Source: a virus
UHGV virus genome: UHGV-1374697
DNA length: 64,000 nt
Reading direction: 5' to 3' (one strand)
The notes below the pieces were generated by a model. It was not told the origin of the DNA. It made no database searches and worked only from the letters and a program-made list of their open reading frames with translations. The translations under genes were made by a program, and so were the position numbers. Position 1 is the stretch's first letter, and every line of letters starts with the position of its first letter. Positions 63,616 through 64,000 of this stretch are shown in pieces.

Positions 63616-63969
63616 ATGACACCCGAAAAAGAATCTAACGTCATCATCCTCCGCAAGAACTGTCTCCACCACATCGGGCGAGCCGATAGGCTTCATACCC
63701 TGTGGAGCCTCGTGGAGCACCTGCATTCGGTAGTGGACATTGTTGCCCTCGTAAGTGCGCTGGTTTGTTTAGGATACCTCCTTGCCACTGGTGAACTTCT
63801 CGTATCGTACCTTACATGGTGCGTCATCATCACGGGCTGGTTTGTCTTCCAGTTGCTGGTAGAATGGGGCATTGACATCATACGCCGACGCCTAGAGCGG
63901 CATCAGCTGGAAGCAAATCGCCTCGCCCGTTGCCTTGAAGACATGGGATTCACTCGCCCCCTCTTCTAA
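63616..63969 (+). CDS. early small membrane protein (117 aa, 2 transmembrane helices)
   Basis: The hydrophobic stretch IVALVSALVCLGYLLATGELLVSYLTWCVIITGWFVFQLLV. Confidence 0.5.
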   Translation: MTPEKESNVIILRKNCLHHIGRADRLHTLWSLVEHLHSVVDIVALVSALVCLGYLLATGELLVSYLTWCVIITGWFVFQLLVEWGIDIIRRRLERHQLEANRLARCLEDMGFTRPLF

Positions 63970-64000
63970 TTAGAACCCCCACATGGCTCTACAAAAACAA

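Noticed and set aside
1-64000. Lysogeny module (integrase, CI-like repressor, attP) and tRNA genes
   Set aside because: I found no tyrosine or serine recombinase motifs (for example R..H..R..Y or the S-R catalytic pairs) in any ORF. I found no tRNA-like GGTTCGAnTCC T-loop motifs in the non-coding region on inspection. tRNAscan-SE would be the definitive check.

Overview
This window looks like most or all of a lytic, podovirus-like dsDNA phage genome, about 64 kb. I saw no integrase or repressor module. Its phage identity rests on the terminase large subunit, DNA polymerase and primase-helicase calls; the portal, major-capsid and scaffold calls are positional inferences without matched motifs, so the exact family cannot be confirmed. 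It has two convergent transcription units that diverge from a 3.2-kb repeat-dense non-coding control region (54033-57214) and meet at a bidirectional intrinsic terminator (1202-1240).

Plus-strand unit (57215 to the window end, continuing at 88-1201 if the genome is circular or permuted). It holds about 15 small early-type genes. Five carry an almost identical upstream cassette: a TTGACA-N16-TAAACT box followed by a short GC hairpin, then an A-rich SD-less leader ending in AACAATAGAAAGAAATAA shortly before the ATG. One early gene is duplicated (58589 and 60324).

Minus-strand unit (53927 down to 1325). Read in transcription order it contains a replication and recombination module: a primase-polymerase fused to an SF3 helicase, four small membrane proteins, a MazG-like protein, a family A DNA polymerase, an SF2 helicase, a RecB/Cas4-like nuclease, a possible annealing protein and a RuvC-like resolvase. 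Next comes a packaging and head module: large terminase, HTH protein, HNH-like protein, a positional portal candidate, scaffold-like protein, HK97-type major capsid candidate, then three intrinsic terminators and tail or fiber candidates. Next is an accessory island (21176-28942) with two glycosyltransferases, PadR-like and HTH regulators, membrane proteins, a seven-fold zinc-ribbon repeat protein and micro-ORFs coupled by ATGA overlaps. It is followed by a tandem array of six overlapping paralogous genes of about 80 aa (19740-21171), a putative lysis cassette, and a terminal block of large virion or ejection proteins. That block includes a 3308-aa giant ORF with an HExxH zincin-like motif.

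Start contexts are uniformly A-rich and lack Shine-Dalgarno sequences, yet the promoters look sigma70-like (TTGACA / TATAGT), so the host is unresolved; the leader style is Bacteroidota-like. I did not recognise any tRNA, CRISPR array, reverse transcriptase or integrase.
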